DNA of 64,000 nt from Felis catus. Taxonomy: Eukaryota. Shown piece by piece: positions 13,178 through 27,339 of the stretch (positions are counted from its first letter, which is position 1; the number at the start of each line of letters is the position of its first letter). The stretch lies in contig NC_058368.1 in assembly GCF_018350175.1 (NCBI RefSeq), forward strand, positions 215,204,001-215,268,000. Reading direction: 5' to 3'. Made by a program: the position numbers and the translations under genes. Under the pieces are notes generated by a model that saw only the letters and a list, made by a program, of their open reading frames with translations, was not told where the DNA came from and did not search any database.

Positions 13178-14445
13178 CTGCAAAAGATGTAGATGAGAGT
13201 CTACAATAGGTCTCATTTGAAAATTGCATGTATTTTGAAGATATATTAATATTATGTGTCTTTAAAAGCTACCATCAGGTGAACAATTTCCTGTACAAGT
13301 GGGCATCTTTTATTAATATCTGTTGTTTGGGATTGCTACTTGCAAAGTAACATTTAAGATTTCTATTGGTCAATCAGCCTTTCAACACTGAAATGCAGCC
13401 ATTGCGTCTTGTTTGAACATCGTGTATAAATATGAGAAGATAATTACAAAATCTTTTCCATGTCATGAGGTTTCTGTAGGGCTTAAAAAATGATGAAGAG
13501 AGATTGGTTATCCGTTGGCTTATAACCATTTTATTTTATTTTTTTGCTGTGATATAATTGTTTTATGAACACATAATTGAAATGAATAAATAAAACAACA
13601 TATCATATGCTTTTGATACTAGAGTTTATCTCAGCCTTTATCATATTTATCTCATTGTCATGACACTTAACTGATTTTCCAGTCTACAAATATTTTTTTA
13701 TCATATTGCCATGTCGTTAGTTGAGTAACATCCTGAAGTCTCTCATCAAACAAGTAAAGCAGAAACTCAGTTAAGTTCATCATAAATCTACGATACTGTC
13801 AGGTCACAAAAAAGTGTCATTTCACATTTCCTAACACCTCATGTGTAATACATTTAAATAGCACAATTTATTATATAAACAATGTTATTGTGCACGAATT
13901 TGTGTACTACTACAGTAATTTGAACAAAGTGTTGTGGTAGCACAAAGGAATAAGGAACAAATAGTGCTTTAACAATGGAAAACTTTTGAAGGAGGAGGTA
14001 TTTAAACTGTCAGAAAGAATGAGTAAGAGTTTTCCATGCTAAAGGCTACAGAGCATTTGAAATGACGCGGCCCCTGCCTTGCCTTTCTCCCTTCATCCCT
14101 TCTTTCCTTCCTTCTCTCTTTTTGAAAACTGTACCATCGGTTTATGTTTTCGTCCAGAAATCCATGAGTGACTAAAGATTGTTTTTTCATAATATAGGTA
14201 TTTTTTTATGATTATCAGCACAATTCCCAAATATAGAGTATTCCCATTAACATATATGGCTTACACATGTTAAAACAATCCATTGGTTTTTAACTTCTAT
14301 GTTTGTGCTATTTTTGATATTTAACTTCCATAGGTCTTTATTTTAAATCAAGAATTATACGCTTCTCCCTGTTGTCTTTCTCACATACTTTTTATACGAA
14401 AGCTATTAGTCTGTGCTTTTCAACATCATTTCAAGAAACTATTTC

Positions 14446-14700
14446 TTTTTTTAATTTAATTTTTTTATTTTTTTAAAATTTACATCCAAATTAGTGAATG
14501 AAACCTTGCCATTTGCAACTACATGGATGGAACTGGAGGGTATTATGCTAAGTGAAATTAGTCAGAGAAAGACAAGTATCATATGACTTCACTCATATGA
14601 GGACGTTAAGAGACAAAACAGATGAACATAAAGGAAGGGGAAAAAATAATATAAAAACATGGAAGGGGGCAAAACAGAAGAGACTCATAAATATGGAGAA
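14446..14700 (-). mobile_element. Short felid L1 with 5' inversion
   Basis: Poly-T and reverse L1 terminus tttacatccaaattagt (to 14495), then a plus-strand ORF2-end/3'UTR piece gaatgaaaccttgccatttgcaac...ggagaa. Confidence 0.85.
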
Positions 14701-15179
14701 GCTACTTGTTTCTTAATTGTCATTCAGTATGAAGAGGTGAAATAGACTCTTGCTTCCAAATCCTGTAATTTACCCGCATTTAAAAAATACTAGAGGCTAA
14801 TATATTTCCTTTCAATAAAACCAATGTCACCTTGTTTTCCTATAGAACCATTAAAAGGTCCCCATCAGCATCTTTACCAAAGGTGCTTCCCTGTCCTGGT
14901 AATTTGTGCTTCAAGTACTTCGCTGATTGTGCACTCGCTCAGGTGATATTTTGAGTCTCATTTATAGTAGATCTGTGAGTGTCCTTTATGCCTTTATACC
15001 AGATGTAAATCTATTTTGCCCCTAAAAATAAAACATCTGAGAAATGTTGAACCCAAACTCTTATTGTTTTCTTTCACATTTTCATTGCACTGTGCCTCTA
15101 GAGAAGGGAGATATACTTACATTTTATATTTATACATACATTTACGTGTATATGTATTTATAAATACATATAAAAATTA

Positions 15180-15640
15180 AGAAACAAGAATGTAGATGAG
15201 CTAAATCTCTAGGTCTTTAAGGAAATTTACATTTCATTATTTGAAACAGACAAGAGTAATCAAATAAGCTCATACCAATGTATACCACGCTATAGAGTGG
15301 TAATAGGTACTATGAGGATATATGGAGCAAAGAGAACAATAGTGATGGTGTTGCTATTCTTTACTAGACCTGACAAAGTAGCCCTCTCAGATGAAGTGAC
15401 TTCTGGAAAAAAAAAAAAACTGATGAAAGAGGGGGAATATGCTATGCACAAATATTTGAGGGACCAGCTCCAGGTTCAAGGAAGAGCAAGTACGAAACCC
15501 TGAGTTAAGAGCATATTTATGACCATGTTCAAGAAATACAAGGAGGATAGTGTGGATTCACTGATAAACTAATAAAAGTGATAGGATGTTAAGTGACAGA
15601 GGTAGGTAGGGCTGGAAGGGGTAGGTCCATGCTTCCTGAT
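15180..15640 (-). mobile_element. L2 fragment
   Basis: Purine-rich L2-antisense-like motifs (ctctcagatgaagtgactt, ccaggttcaaggaagagcaagtacgaaaccctgag). Confidence 0.55.
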
Positions 15641-15675
15641 CTTATTGAACTAAGCATGCTATGACAAATATATGG

Positions 15676-15676
<1 letters not shown>

Positions 15677-15722
<46 letters not shown>
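15677..15722. repeat. (TG)23 microsatellite
   Basis: Directly visible. Confidence 0.95.
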
Positions 15723-15725
<3 letters not shown>

Positions 15726-15741
15726 GGGGTATGTGTGTACA

Positions 15742-16242
15742 TATAGGGACTCAAATATGACAAACCAAAATATGTCACTTATTTTGAGTTGATGCACATG
15801 AGGTTCAACAGATGAAGAAAGAATCCTTCCCAGAGTTTCCCTTGTCTGACTGAAAGCAGAAACTTTGGGGATATGAGGACTGCCGTAAATCTCCTCCTCT
15901 GGGCCAGTTTTATGGCCACGATGAAGATGGAAAGTTGGCTCCAAAATGGACCTCATAAACAAACCATATGCTATTAGTTTCCCCCATATATTTACCTTCT
16001 CACAGTTTACTACCTTGAAAGCCCAAACCCTTTCCTTTTGTCTTGTCATTTGTCTGAACATTTATTGTTCTCTGTTTGCATGTTGTGTCAGCCAAGTTTC
16101 TAACCACTCCTTTCCCTCCCCGCACATTAATGAGCTCCCATTGTTTTCTCTCTTGTGCCCCTGTCTTTTGTGGGTCTAATTTGTGGGGCACCAGCCAGAG
16201 AAATTAGGAGGGTAGAGGAAAAAGTTTTTCTTCTCCTTAACA
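15742..16242 (+). mobile_element. ERV1 solo LTR (MER34-like)
   Basis: aatatgacaaaccaaaatatgtcacttattttgag start, tttcccccatatatttacctt, end gggtagaggaaaaagtttttcttctccttaaca. Confidence 0.8.
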
Positions 16243-16394
16243 ATATATTTTAAATTTTGCCATCTTTAAGTGGAAATAAAAGATTATTTAGCCCACGTAA
16301 TCATAGTGTTTTCTAAAGGCAATATAATGTACTAACAGTAATATGAAAGAAAAATAAAAATAATATAACTTATAAAAATATGGCTTCTAAAATA

Positions 16395-16578
16395 GGGGCG
16401 CCTGGGTGGTTCAGTTGGTTAAGCATCCAACTCTTAATTTCGGCTCAGGTCATGATCTCTCAGTTTTGTGGGTTGGAGCCCGCATCGGGCTCTGTGCTGC
16501 CGGCATGGAGCCTACTTGGGATTCTCTCTCCCTTTCTCTCTGCCCCTTTTTAAGTTTTTAAAATAAACTTAAAAAAAT
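16395..16578 (+). mobile_element. CanSINE
   Basis: ggggcgcctgggtggttcag head, A tail. Confidence 0.93.
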
Positions 16579-16756
16579 ATGTATTTCAATATAAAGACAC
16601 ATCTATACTTTATGACAGAACAAAGTTGTCGATGCTGGTCTTCGTATGTACCCTTAGTGTGATTCTTGCAGCTGTGTGGCTGTGGCCTGAATTGGCAATT
16701 CAACACTACAGACACTTTCGATTACAGTAATGGGGCTGTTTAAAAAGTGAATGACT

Positions 16757-16899
16757 GGGGTGCCTGAGTGCCCAGTCTGTTAAGCGTCCGACTCTTCATT
16801 TTGGCTCAGGTCATGATCTCACGGTTCCTGGGATCGAGTCCTGTGTTGGGCTCTGTGTTGACAGCCCGGGATCCTCTCTTTACCTCTGTTTCTGCCCCT

Positions 16900-16952
<53 letters not shown>

Positions 16953-16981
16953 TCTCAAAATAAATAAACTTAAAAAAAAGA
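16757..16981 (+). mobile_element. CanSINE with long (CT)n
   Basis: SINE body; imperfect TSD aaaaagtg(a/c)atga(c/t)t. Confidence 0.93.
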
Positions 16982-18484
16982 AAAAAGTGCATGATTGCTT
17001 GGTTCTGATGAAAACACAGTCAGCCCTCCTTTTACTTGATTTACTTAATGTTTACCTTCTGAAGAATGTAAATTTACTAAACTTTTATCTTCTCAGGAAT
17101 GTAAATACATGTAAATTTATTTACATTTAAATTCTAAAGTGACATTAGAGTCTAGGCATACAACAGAACATGCTGAGACATGCAGGGCGATTTTTTGTTG
17201 TGTGGTATTATCTTTGAATTTCAGAATATCCTACTCTCTGGACTTTTAAAATATAGTTGTGTCACAGTCAGTGGGATAAGCAAGGTACTTTGAAATTTAT
17301 CCAAAATTCTTCCTTGGATTTTGGTAAAAATCTTAGTTTTATTCTAACTGTAATGGCATGTGTAATGGCAAACCACGGTGGTTTTTTGATGGAAAGTGAC
17401 ATCAGATTAATATTTTAAAAGGATTGTTCTGTTAAGCTTCAGGGTGTGAAAATTAAAAACCACAATCAAATCAAATGACTTTATTTACAAATTTATGTTC
17501 CTTTTTATTATTTTCCTCTCAATGTTTCAAAATAATATATTATTTTTGGACAAATATTAAATGTATTAAAAAAACAGAACAGTCTGTTCCTTGTTCTGTT
17601 AACAATAACCCAGTTACCAAGCTTTAAAGTTATAGTAGAGACATTCAGTCTGAAAAAGTTCAGATGTGGACAGTTGGGAAAATAGTACAAAACTGAATAT
17701 TTGGAGTTGATATTTGTTAAGTTCTAAATAGCGTCTGTGTAGTTAACCACTATGTAAATGTGGGCAGCTACCCCTCCACACTCATAAATGTGAATCTAAA
17801 ATTGCATTCTCCCTTTGAGTGACCTCACATTAAACTTAACACTATATTTTTGGGATAACAGTTTCCTTTCTCATTTTAAGAAAATACATAATCCAGCAAT
17901 GAATCGGAAGAGCAGGTATCATTTTGGCTTAAAAATGAATTTCTGTTTATCCTCTCCCTGTCTGCTTGTATCTCCTGATACAAGTTTTCCCACCTCATAA
18001 CTCATGCTGAGAGTAAAGTGACCAGGGTAGCTGGAAAGACTACTCAAATCAAAGAGATATGTGGTCCCGATGGAGACAATACTTCTCTCTGAACCTTATA
18101 TCATGCTCACTTGATTCAAAAAATGGTAGTTTAAGGGAGATGTTTTTTTCCTAGGCCCAATTCATCAAATATATTAGAAAACTTTTCACACTAAAAAACT
18201 GTGTGTAGCAATAAATCACTCAATAGTATCTGTAAAAGAGGAAAAGAAAAGCCGCTTTAATTGTTTAAGCCATTAAATCAGTCAAGAAGGACATACCAAT
18301 TTAGGAATTTTGACAGTCAAATCTTATTTATGAACCATCTGCTAAGTTCTCCATCAATTTTATCATTAATGTTATATTTGAAAGCATTTGATTTGGTATT
18401 AACGTCCAAATGTTAACATATACTAAAATTAGTAAAAATGTGGGCCCAGGATCAAACAACATTGCGTGTATAGAGTAATGAGGA

Positions 18485-18732
18485 GACAGTGTAGTAGTTC
18501 ATTTAAAAGCAGGGACTCAAGTCTGGCTCTGGGGGTTTACATGTTAGCTCCATCACTAAGCAGGTATGTCACCTCAAGCAAATGATTTTCCTTTTCTACA
18601 CCTCAATTTTTCTATCTATAAAGGAATTTCTAACTACACGTCTGTGGTGAGCATTAAAATAATGAAGTGCATTTAAAATACTTAGAGTATGTTTGGTGCA
18701 TCGGAATCCGCAAATAAAGATGTGGAATTATT
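18485..18732 (+). mobile_element. MIR SINE, near full length
   Basis: tRNA-like head, core cctcaatttttctatctataaa, 3' gtggtgagcattaaaataatg...cttagagtatg. Confidence 0.7.
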
Positions 18733-19515
18733 GCTGTGATTTAGAAGATGAGGTGTATTTATATTTTGACTTAAGAAGAGGAACACATTTTTGATACATA
18801 ATAACTACGTATCTCTTAACTATGAGCGAGGACATAGAACTGAGTACTATACTATGCTTACAAGATACTTTTTCCTATTGTATCATGAACTGTGATACAT
18901 TTAAGTTTCTCTTTTAAAGTGCAAAAGTTCACTTACGAATTTTAATCTCTTCTGCAGAATAGGCAGCTTCTATTGACACAACAGGGATTAAGGGCCAGAT
19001 GTATGTGTTGACAGCCCTTGGATTCCTAAATAAAGTTGCACACATGGCTTGAGTTCATGCCCTTTTATGAATTTCCTAATATTTAAAGATAAAAAAAAAT
19101 GGCTATGGTTAAGTTGGTAGTAACAGTTAATTCTACAAAGTCCTAGGGTGAAAGGGAGAAGAGAAATAATAGTTGAGAAGCTGCCAAATTAAAGATACTA
19201 TGAAGATTATTTCAAAGCAAGAACACCTCTGCCTTCACCTCATCCGTTCAAACAAATTACCCATAGGATATTTGACTAAATAAAACAAATAATTGCTTCT
19301 ATGTTTAACTTCAGTTTTAATAGAGACATCTTTGTTAGAACATATTAAACTTTTCAGGGAAAATAGAATGGAGAAATTATAGACATTTCCAGGGATATGA
19401 AACAAATTGTTATTCTAAATTTAGACATTAACAAGAATTTTTAAATATTTTCTTAAAAAAAAGAGAGTGGTAAAATAACAATTCAAGATACTTTATTAAA
19501 GTTGACAACCTATGT

Positions 19516-19730
19516 GGGCTCCTGGGTGGCTCAGTTGGTTAAGTGTCCAACTTCAGCTCAAGTCATGATCTCTTGGTTCATGGGTTTGAGCTCCATGTTG
19601 GGTTCTGTGCTGGCAGCTCAGAGTCTGGAGACTGCTTCTTCAGATTCTGTGTCTCCCTCTCTGCCCCTCCCCTGATTGCGCTCTGTTTCTCTGTCTCTCA
19701 AAAATAAGTAAATGTTACAAAATATTTATT
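19516..19730 (+). mobile_element. CanSINE
   Basis: SINE body; TSD aaagttgacaac on both sides. Confidence 0.94.
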
Positions 19731-20757
19731 TAAAAGTTGACAACTTAGGAAGAAAACCCTCCAAAAGACAAGAACATTGCAAAATATTTATCATATTTTC
19801 AAAAGCTTCAGTGATACAATTGTCCCGGTCCTTAAATAAAGGCAAATAAGATATGGCTCTGGGCTTTGTGTTGCTTCCAACGTGTTGGGAAACAATGAAG
19901 AATTGTAAGAACCTTGATGAGTATTGAAAAAGAGGTATATATACATAGGGCTAAGAAGAACATTGATGAAGGCAGAGTTTGATGGGGAATAGGAATTAAT
20001 GAAGAGATGAGGTGAGGGAAAGGAATATTGAGATTGAATTTTGAAGATGCACAGGTGTTCCTCAGACCTCTCAGAAGACATGCATCATAAGCAGAGAACA
20101 CAGAGAAAAATATTTGGAAGTATGCTGTGATACTCGGGGAATTGCTTTAGTCTGAAATGAATGGATGGTACATGCTATGGAGTGGGAATGGCAAAGGTTG
20201 ATAGAAAAAGAAATTATAAATATACCTGGTCTTAACATTCCTTACAAAGAGACATTAGTAATCTAGTACCACAGTGTTAAACTTTTTTTCCAGGGCAATA
20301 TTTTCCTACTTCCTGATGAAAAAGATTCCCTAAATCTCTTTAATAACTGCCCCTCCCTTCAAAGTGCACAACTGGAGCCCCATTATTAAAATACAACTTA
20401 TTTGATTTTTTAAAGACTCAAAATTCAGTTCTCAGGAGGCATATGTATTGGCTTCAATCATTTGAAATTATAAAGGACTGACAGATAGATACTTCTTTAC
20501 TGAAACACATTTTGATAGACAAGGATAAATAAAAGATGCTAGAGATAAGGACATTTCCAGCAAGGGAGTGAAAAAACACTGTAAGGAAAGTTAGCCTGGC
20601 TTCTTCCATTTGGTCTCTGGGCCTTATCGTGTTACATAGTAAAACTAAGGAGAGAATTTGCTGTATGTTTCTTTTTGTTCATTCACACAAATGATTTTTT
20701 TTTCTGGATAATTTAAGCTAAGCTTCGTTTATAAAGTTAAATGCCATACAAAATCAT

Positions 20758-21609
20758 GGCAGCCACTGTGGAAAACACTATGGAGTTTGCTCAAAAAGTT
20801 AAAAATAGAACTATCTTATGATCCAGCAATCACACTACTGGGTATGTATCCAAGGAATTTAAGAATACTAATTCAAAGATATACATGTATCCTATGTTTA
20901 TAGCAGCATTATTCACAATAGTCGAGCTATGGCAGGAGCCCAAGTGTCCATTAACTAATGAATGGATAAAGAAGATGTAAGACTAGATAGATAGATCGGT
21001 AGATAGATAATGGAATATTATTTAACCATTAAAAAAGAATGAAATCTCACAATTTGCAAGGGTGTGGATGGAGCTAGAGAGCGTAATTCTTAGTGAAGTA
21101 AATCACAGAAAGACAAATGCCATACAGTTTCGCTCATGGAATTTAAGAAAAAAACAGAAATTGAGAAATCAAGAAATAAACTCTTTTTTCAAATGTTTAC
21201 TTTTGGGAGAGAGAGAGAGAGAGACAAAGACAGAGTGAAAGTGGGGGAGGGGCAGAGAGAGAGGGAGACACAGCATCCGAAGCAGGCTCCCGGCTCTGAG
21301 CTGTCAGCACAGAGCCTGACATGGGGCTCGAAGTCACAAACTGTGAGATGATGACCTGAGCACAAGTTGGACACTTAACCAACTGAGCCACCCAAGCACC
21401 CTGAAATAAACTCAATTATAGAGACAAACTGATGGTTATCCAGAGGGGAGGTTGGTGGGTGAAATAGGTGATGGGGATTAAGGAGCATACTTGTCATGGT
21501 GAGCACAGGGTGATGTATGAAAATGTTGAGTTACTATATTGTACACCTGAAACTAATATAACACCGTATATGTTAATTAACTGGAATGAAACTGAAACTT
21601 AAAAAAAAA
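20758..21609 (+). mobile_element. Carnivore L1 3' end (ORF2 C-terminus and 3'UTR), interrupted by a SINE
   Basis: gcagccactgtggaaaacac...tatgatccagcaatcacactactggg...tgtacacctgaaactaatataac, A tail; imperfect TSD aa(a/g)t(c/t)atggcag. Confidence 0.92.
21184..21402 (-). mobile_element. CanSINE nested in L1
   Basis: TSD gaaataaactc at 21173-21183 and 21403-21413. Confidence 0.95.
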
Positions 21610-24289
21610 GTTATGGCAGAAAGTCATACCAAAAAACTTAAATTTCTGTTAAAATTAATGGTGTTTTCTTTTCAAACCCAAGTTAGCCCATTAATGCAGC
21701 AAAAATCAAAACCTACTATTATGTTATTAGAACCATAAAAACACTATTCATCAAAGCTCTGGATTTTTATGGGTGAAGATGTGAAGACTATCCTATTATT
21801 TTTTTTATGATTGTTAACACTCCCATTTTATGTTATTTGTCTATCAAATGTTTGAGAAGTTATTGTGCTTCCTACTCATTTGTGTAGCACTTACTGTCCA
21901 GTGTCTACAATGAAATTTATTTTTTCTCTGAGTAATGTTCTCATCTGTTAGTGCTGTACAGCTCTCAGTAGCAACAATAGCAGCAGGAATTGCCATGATG
22001 TTCTAGAAGCTCTCATAAAGATAGAAGTATCTGAATGTCTGAAGGAAAGGGCTGAGGATTCCCTCTTCAGTTCCCATTTACCTAGATACGTATTTGGCAA
22101 TATTGATTGGGTGCTTACTATGTATCTGGTAACTTCTTTATGTAATGGGGATGCAAACCTGAATGAAACAGAGTTACTGTTTCAGAGACACTCACCAAAG
22201 CCCCAGTGGAGTAAATACACACATACACTTGAGCTTGCGAAGGCCCCTGTTCTCTACGCCTCTCCCTTGTTATTAGGGTTCCCGTTAGTTTGGGCAAGCC
22301 TTTTCACCCCACTTCAGAGTTGATAATGAAAATGCAGTGGAGATTAAGATGCAAACACCTTCCCTATAACCTCATGTTTCACTGATAATGGTATTTATTG
22401 GTGGTGGTAACACACTGAAATATTTCTATTGGTAAGAATCTAAATTTCAGTGTAGGCCATGGTTGAGTTCTAATGGCTTTAGAGCAGAGTTTTGAAATGT
22501 CTAAAATCAGATTAAGGGGACTTTACTATGATCATTTTATTTGCCTGAGGATAATTGGGCTCTGTATACATATTGCCTTAAAGTCAAACCCACACATTAC
22601 ACATTATATTTTATATAACATATAAGATTACCTTTCATAGTTCAAAATTTAAAAGTCACATGTGTATACCATATATATAAATGTATTCAATGGCTACATA
22701 TATGTATATGTATATGTTATACAACAAAATAAATGGACTCCAAAAGTTCCATAAATGTAAGAATTTTATAGTCTTGAATATAACATCTGGTATTTTTTTA
22801 GATCCTTGAGATAACTTTGCCACATGAAAATAATCAGCTTACAAAAATTATTCTATATATTACCAAATGTCGAATATTTAAAAGAAAGTATCTGTTTAGT
22901 TTATTAAAAGTCAATTAAGCAAGCTCAGTCTTAACCTTGTCTCAATGCTTTAATAAAACTGCATTGCATAAGGGACATATTTTATCACCCAGGTAAAAGT
23001 GGAACCTGAAAGCTATTGAGCAGTGTAGATTTCCCAATGTATCATAATTACAGAAACACCTGTGTTAAATAACTCTGAGTTGAGCCACTCTAAAAATATA
23101 GAGTCCTTAATAATCCCGTGAAATGAACACATTGCCAACAAGCCACAGGTGTTCACCACAGGAAGATATAAAAAATGTGATGATGAAGGATGTGATGACA
23201 TTTCCCAACCCATAATATATATATCCCAAAATGAACTTATGCATGTATAATTGAGTTGGTTTTTAAAAGTTGTTAATGTGGCATTTGTTTTTTAGAATAA
23301 AAAGCAATACAGTTTCCCAAATGTGAATAATATATTAGTTTATAAAATTGGATGCAAAGGGATAAAATCAAGCAAAGAATCAGAGGCTTAGTTAAAAAAA
23401 AAAAATTATCCGTGGTAACACTTGACTTGCCTGTGTCTTACACTGAATCTACAGATGTATGCAGATAAGTGGCTATATGAATGAATGTTCATTATAATAA
23501 AATACAGCTTTTGAATTTTCTTAATTCAAGCAACGACCTTCAAATAGACTATTTACTGTAATAAAAAATTAGAATGTTTCACCTAAGATTGTATTTGTTA
23601 TGTTCACATAAAAAGTTATATCTATAGGGAGCCATAATCAAATTGCCCCATATTTCTTTAACATGTACACTAACCTTTCTATTTCATTCCATTTAACATA
23701 AAATAATACTTAGCAAGGCATATTGCGAGCTTTATTAATGCCTACCAGACATTGATGTATAACTGAACTCAACACATGTTTATCCAAGCTGATGGAAGGC
23801 TACAGAAGCATGGATAATTGAAAGTTAGTAGGTAATTCAGAAAATTGCTATGCAGTCAAATGCACATACACAGAAACAAACTCACAAGTTTATTCAAATG
23901 TATTCCCCCCTCCCGCTGCCAGTCCTGTAAGTAAGTGGTCCAAAGTGGTAGATGAAAAAGAAGTGGTTTCTGGTTTCTGCCAAAGTACATGCAGGTAATA
24001 AAATATATGTGCCACCATCTGACCCACCACAGCGAAGAATGTCTAGGTTTCTACTTCTAGAACCTAACTGATGACTTTATGTTTCTATGTAGGTAATTCA
24101 AACCTTTCCCTCTAGGTTGGTTGTACCTGAGGTGGTCCAGTTGTAATACCAGAATATTAGCAGTCTAAAGAAAAAAGGATTAAGGTTACATAGCAGTTTG
24201 GTAGATCTGACTGGGACACAAGGGTCAGTACAATGGACTATAAATCAGAAACAGAAATAACTCCTAAATCTGATATTTTTGACATAAAA

Positions 24290-24745
24290 TATATCATTAA
24301 GGATATGTAACTACTTCAAAAGAAGTCAAATGCCAGTCGTGTAAATAAGATAGAAATGTATTTCTCATTTGTGTTCAACATGACCTGCTAGGAGCAGCAG
24401 GTGATGGGTTTCTCTGCTCTAGAAAGTCAGGCAGGCATCCGCCTTCCTGTATTTTGTTGTTTCAGCATCCACTGCTGGTGTCCTCATAACCGTGTCCATG
24501 TCTCAGCCCACAGAGGGAGAGGGAAGAGGAAATAGAAGCAAGCAGTTTTCCTTCAATGAGGGCGCTAGAGGAATCCAGTGTTATATATATTCCAGAACTT
24601 AAGCACATGTTCTAGGCTGGCTGCAATGCAAGCTGTGAACTTAGTCTCTAACTCGGGGCTCATTTACTCAACTAAAACTCAAGAATTCAGACTAAAAGAA
24701 TGAAGAGAAAATGAATATTTGAAGATAAGTATAGTCTTTTCCAGA
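24290..24745 (-). mobile_element. Old MaLR LTR (MLT1J/K-like)
   Basis: taaataagatagaaatgtatttctc, ccagaacttaagcacatg...ggctgcaatgcaagctg motifs. Confidence 0.5.
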
Positions 24746-24797
24746 AGAGATAACAAGGAGAAATATTACCATAAATTATAATGAATAGCTGGGATAG

Positions 24798-24930
24798 TTT
24801 TCTCCCTTTCTCTTTCTCTCTCTTTCCCTCCCTCCCTCCCTCCTCCCTCCCTCCCTCCCTCCCTCCCTCCCTCCCTCCCTCCTTCCTTCCTTCCTTCCTT
24901 CCTTCCTTCCTTCCTTCCTTCCTTTTTCTC
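24798..24930. repeat. Polypyrimidine (CCCT)n(CCTT)n tract
   Basis: Directly visible. Confidence 0.95.
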
Positions 24931-25492
24931 ATAAATGGCTGAAATCAGGTAAGATTCCAAGGAAAGAAAATTAGACCACCCCCCCCTTTTTTTTTTGGAA
25001 GAAGCTTCCCATGCAAAGATTCTAGGAGTGTCAAAAGTTCTCATCTTCCCTGAGGCACTATATTCTGAAAAAATAAATTGTTTGAATTCCATACTAAGTG
25101 GAAAGTTAGAACTTAAAGGGTCATGTTCATAGCAATGCTCATATTTTCCAGTGTTCTCCAAAATATGTCCTCTTAATTACTAGTCCCATGAAACAGTTTA
25201 TGGAAAACTTATTTTTTTGTCAAGTAGATTTGGGAGACATTGCATACTATATCTCCACTTGGATAATTATAAGATAATTTAAAATATTAATGTATAGTTT
25301 ATAATGTATAGTTTTATACATAGTAAAGAAAGCTTTAAATTTCTTTGTTCCAAATCAGTTTCAGAAAATTGATTTAATTCAAACTCCTTATTTTGCAAGA
25401 GAGTATAACAAACAAGAACCAAGCATTTATATACCTTAATGAGAACTAGATAAGTCAATTAACCTACTATTGACAATTGTATTGATTTAATC

Positions 25493-25716
25493 CAGGGGTC
25501 AGAAAACCGGTTCAAGGGCCAAAGCAGGACCGCTGCCTATTTTCATAAGTAAAGCGTGATGGGAAAACAGTTGTGTTCCCTCATTTACACATTGTCTATG
25601 GTTCATTTCTCACTGCAACGGCAGAGTTGAGTAGTTACGACATAGACTGTATGGCCCACAAAGCCTAAAATATACACTGTTGGGCCTTTTACAGAAAAAT
25701 CATTTGTCGAGTCCTG
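25493..25716 (+). mobile_element. hAT-Charlie non-autonomous element (MER58A-like)
   Basis: CAGGGGTC...TCCTG termini, ggcagagttgagtagttacgaca core, 8-bp TSD atttaatc/atttaatt. Confidence 0.88.
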
Positions 25717-27065
25717 ATTTAATTCACTCAGCAACATTGTATGATGTCAATAGAAGTCAGTATCCCAAGCACCCCAGTGTATCGCAGGCCTACTTATAGA
25801 AGAAAACCAATTTGATATGAAATTGCATTGAGCTCAGTAAAACCTTTTGGAAACAGTAATTATTCTTATCGCAACCTATGTCGTTCCCCCCCCCCCCCAC
25901 ACACACACAACTTACTGGTGAGCAATTGAGCTGAATAATATCTAAGACATCTCAACTGGGTTTTGTCTGTTACTTGAAAGCCACTGAACTCCAATGATGC
26001 CATCATGTTAAGCACCGATGGTAGGGAGACGAATGGGGGCATAGTACCGGCTTTTGACGAACTTCCCAACTAGCTCCCTGTCCAGTAGAGAAGATAGAAA
26101 AGAAATCCATCAGTTATTATATGGCGACAGGATCTCTAATAATGTTAACCAAACTCTATCTGAGAGAGAGGTATGCCACGCTGTTTAATCGTAGTCTCTT
26201 TTTTTTCTTTTCCTTCGAAGTTACCTGTTACATATATGGCAGACATTGTTCCAATTACTTTCTATGTATTAATACATATAGTCATCAAAACAACTATAAA
26301 TATAGTACTTTTCAGTCTGAGAAGACATAGATTAAAGGGAGAAAAAATTTTTTTACTCAGAACAGAATGTGCCAGGACACAGCGCAAGACAGGTGCTGAA
26401 GCAGAGAAAGTGTTTTCTATATTAAGTATTTCATATAAGTGATGTAATTTTTTTTGTTCCAAATGCAATATCAAAAAGGATGGGAAACAGGAGTGTATGG
26501 ACCAACTCAGAGGAGCATATTATCTAGAAGGTTGTATCACAATCAGAAGAAGGATAAAAAAAATAAAATACCAGATGGCAGATATTGATGTCAGATAAAT
26601 TCAGAGACAATGCTTAATATCATGATTTTGGTTTAGTCCAGTTCAGTTTTTTGGCATCAGGTGTGGTGAGATCATATTGTGAAATTTCTGGGTGGCTCCA
26701 TGATGGTTTGAATTACTTCACAAAACTCCTTTTGATGTCTGATTCAGTCAAAACCGTGCAGTGTATATACAAGCTGACATTACAAAAAGTAGTTCAAATA
26801 AAATAATAGTTTATTAAATTATATTTTATACACAGACATATATGGATACCCTGGCATTGACAAAATACCAATAATATGATCTTAAGAGGTTATCCACACA
26901 GCTAATTCCATCATTCTGATTTCTAAAATATTAGAAAAGCCTTGTACTGCAGTGGGCTGACTTATATTAGTTACAGTACAAAACTATTTTTTACTGAAAT
27001 AAAGTATTTGTATTTGTGACTTCTATCTTAATAAATTATATCTAGTTTTATAGCTAGTATTTTTG

Positions 27066-27284
27066 TTTTTAAAAATTTTTTTTCAACGTTTATTTATTTT
27101 TGGGACAGAGAGAGACAGAGCATGAACGGGGGAGGGGCAGAGAGAGAGGGAGACACAGAATCGAAACAGGCTCCAGGCTCCGAGCCATCAGCCCAGAGCC
27201 CGACGCGGGGCTCGAACTTACGGACCGCGAGATCGTGACCTGGCTGAAGTCGGACGCTTCACCGACTGCGCCACCCAGGCGCCC
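27066..27284 (-). mobile_element. Young felid CanSINE
   Basis: CpG-rich; 17-bp TSD tatagctagtatttttg at 27049-27065 and 27285-27301. Confidence 0.97.
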
Positions 27285-27339
27285 TATAGCTAGTATTTTT
27301 GAATAACACTGAAAAGACACTTAAATCTTTTTTAAAAAA

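Noticed and set aside
24687..25161. R/K/E/G-rich ORFs
   Set aside because: Translations of the (GGAA)n/(GGGA)n microsatellite.
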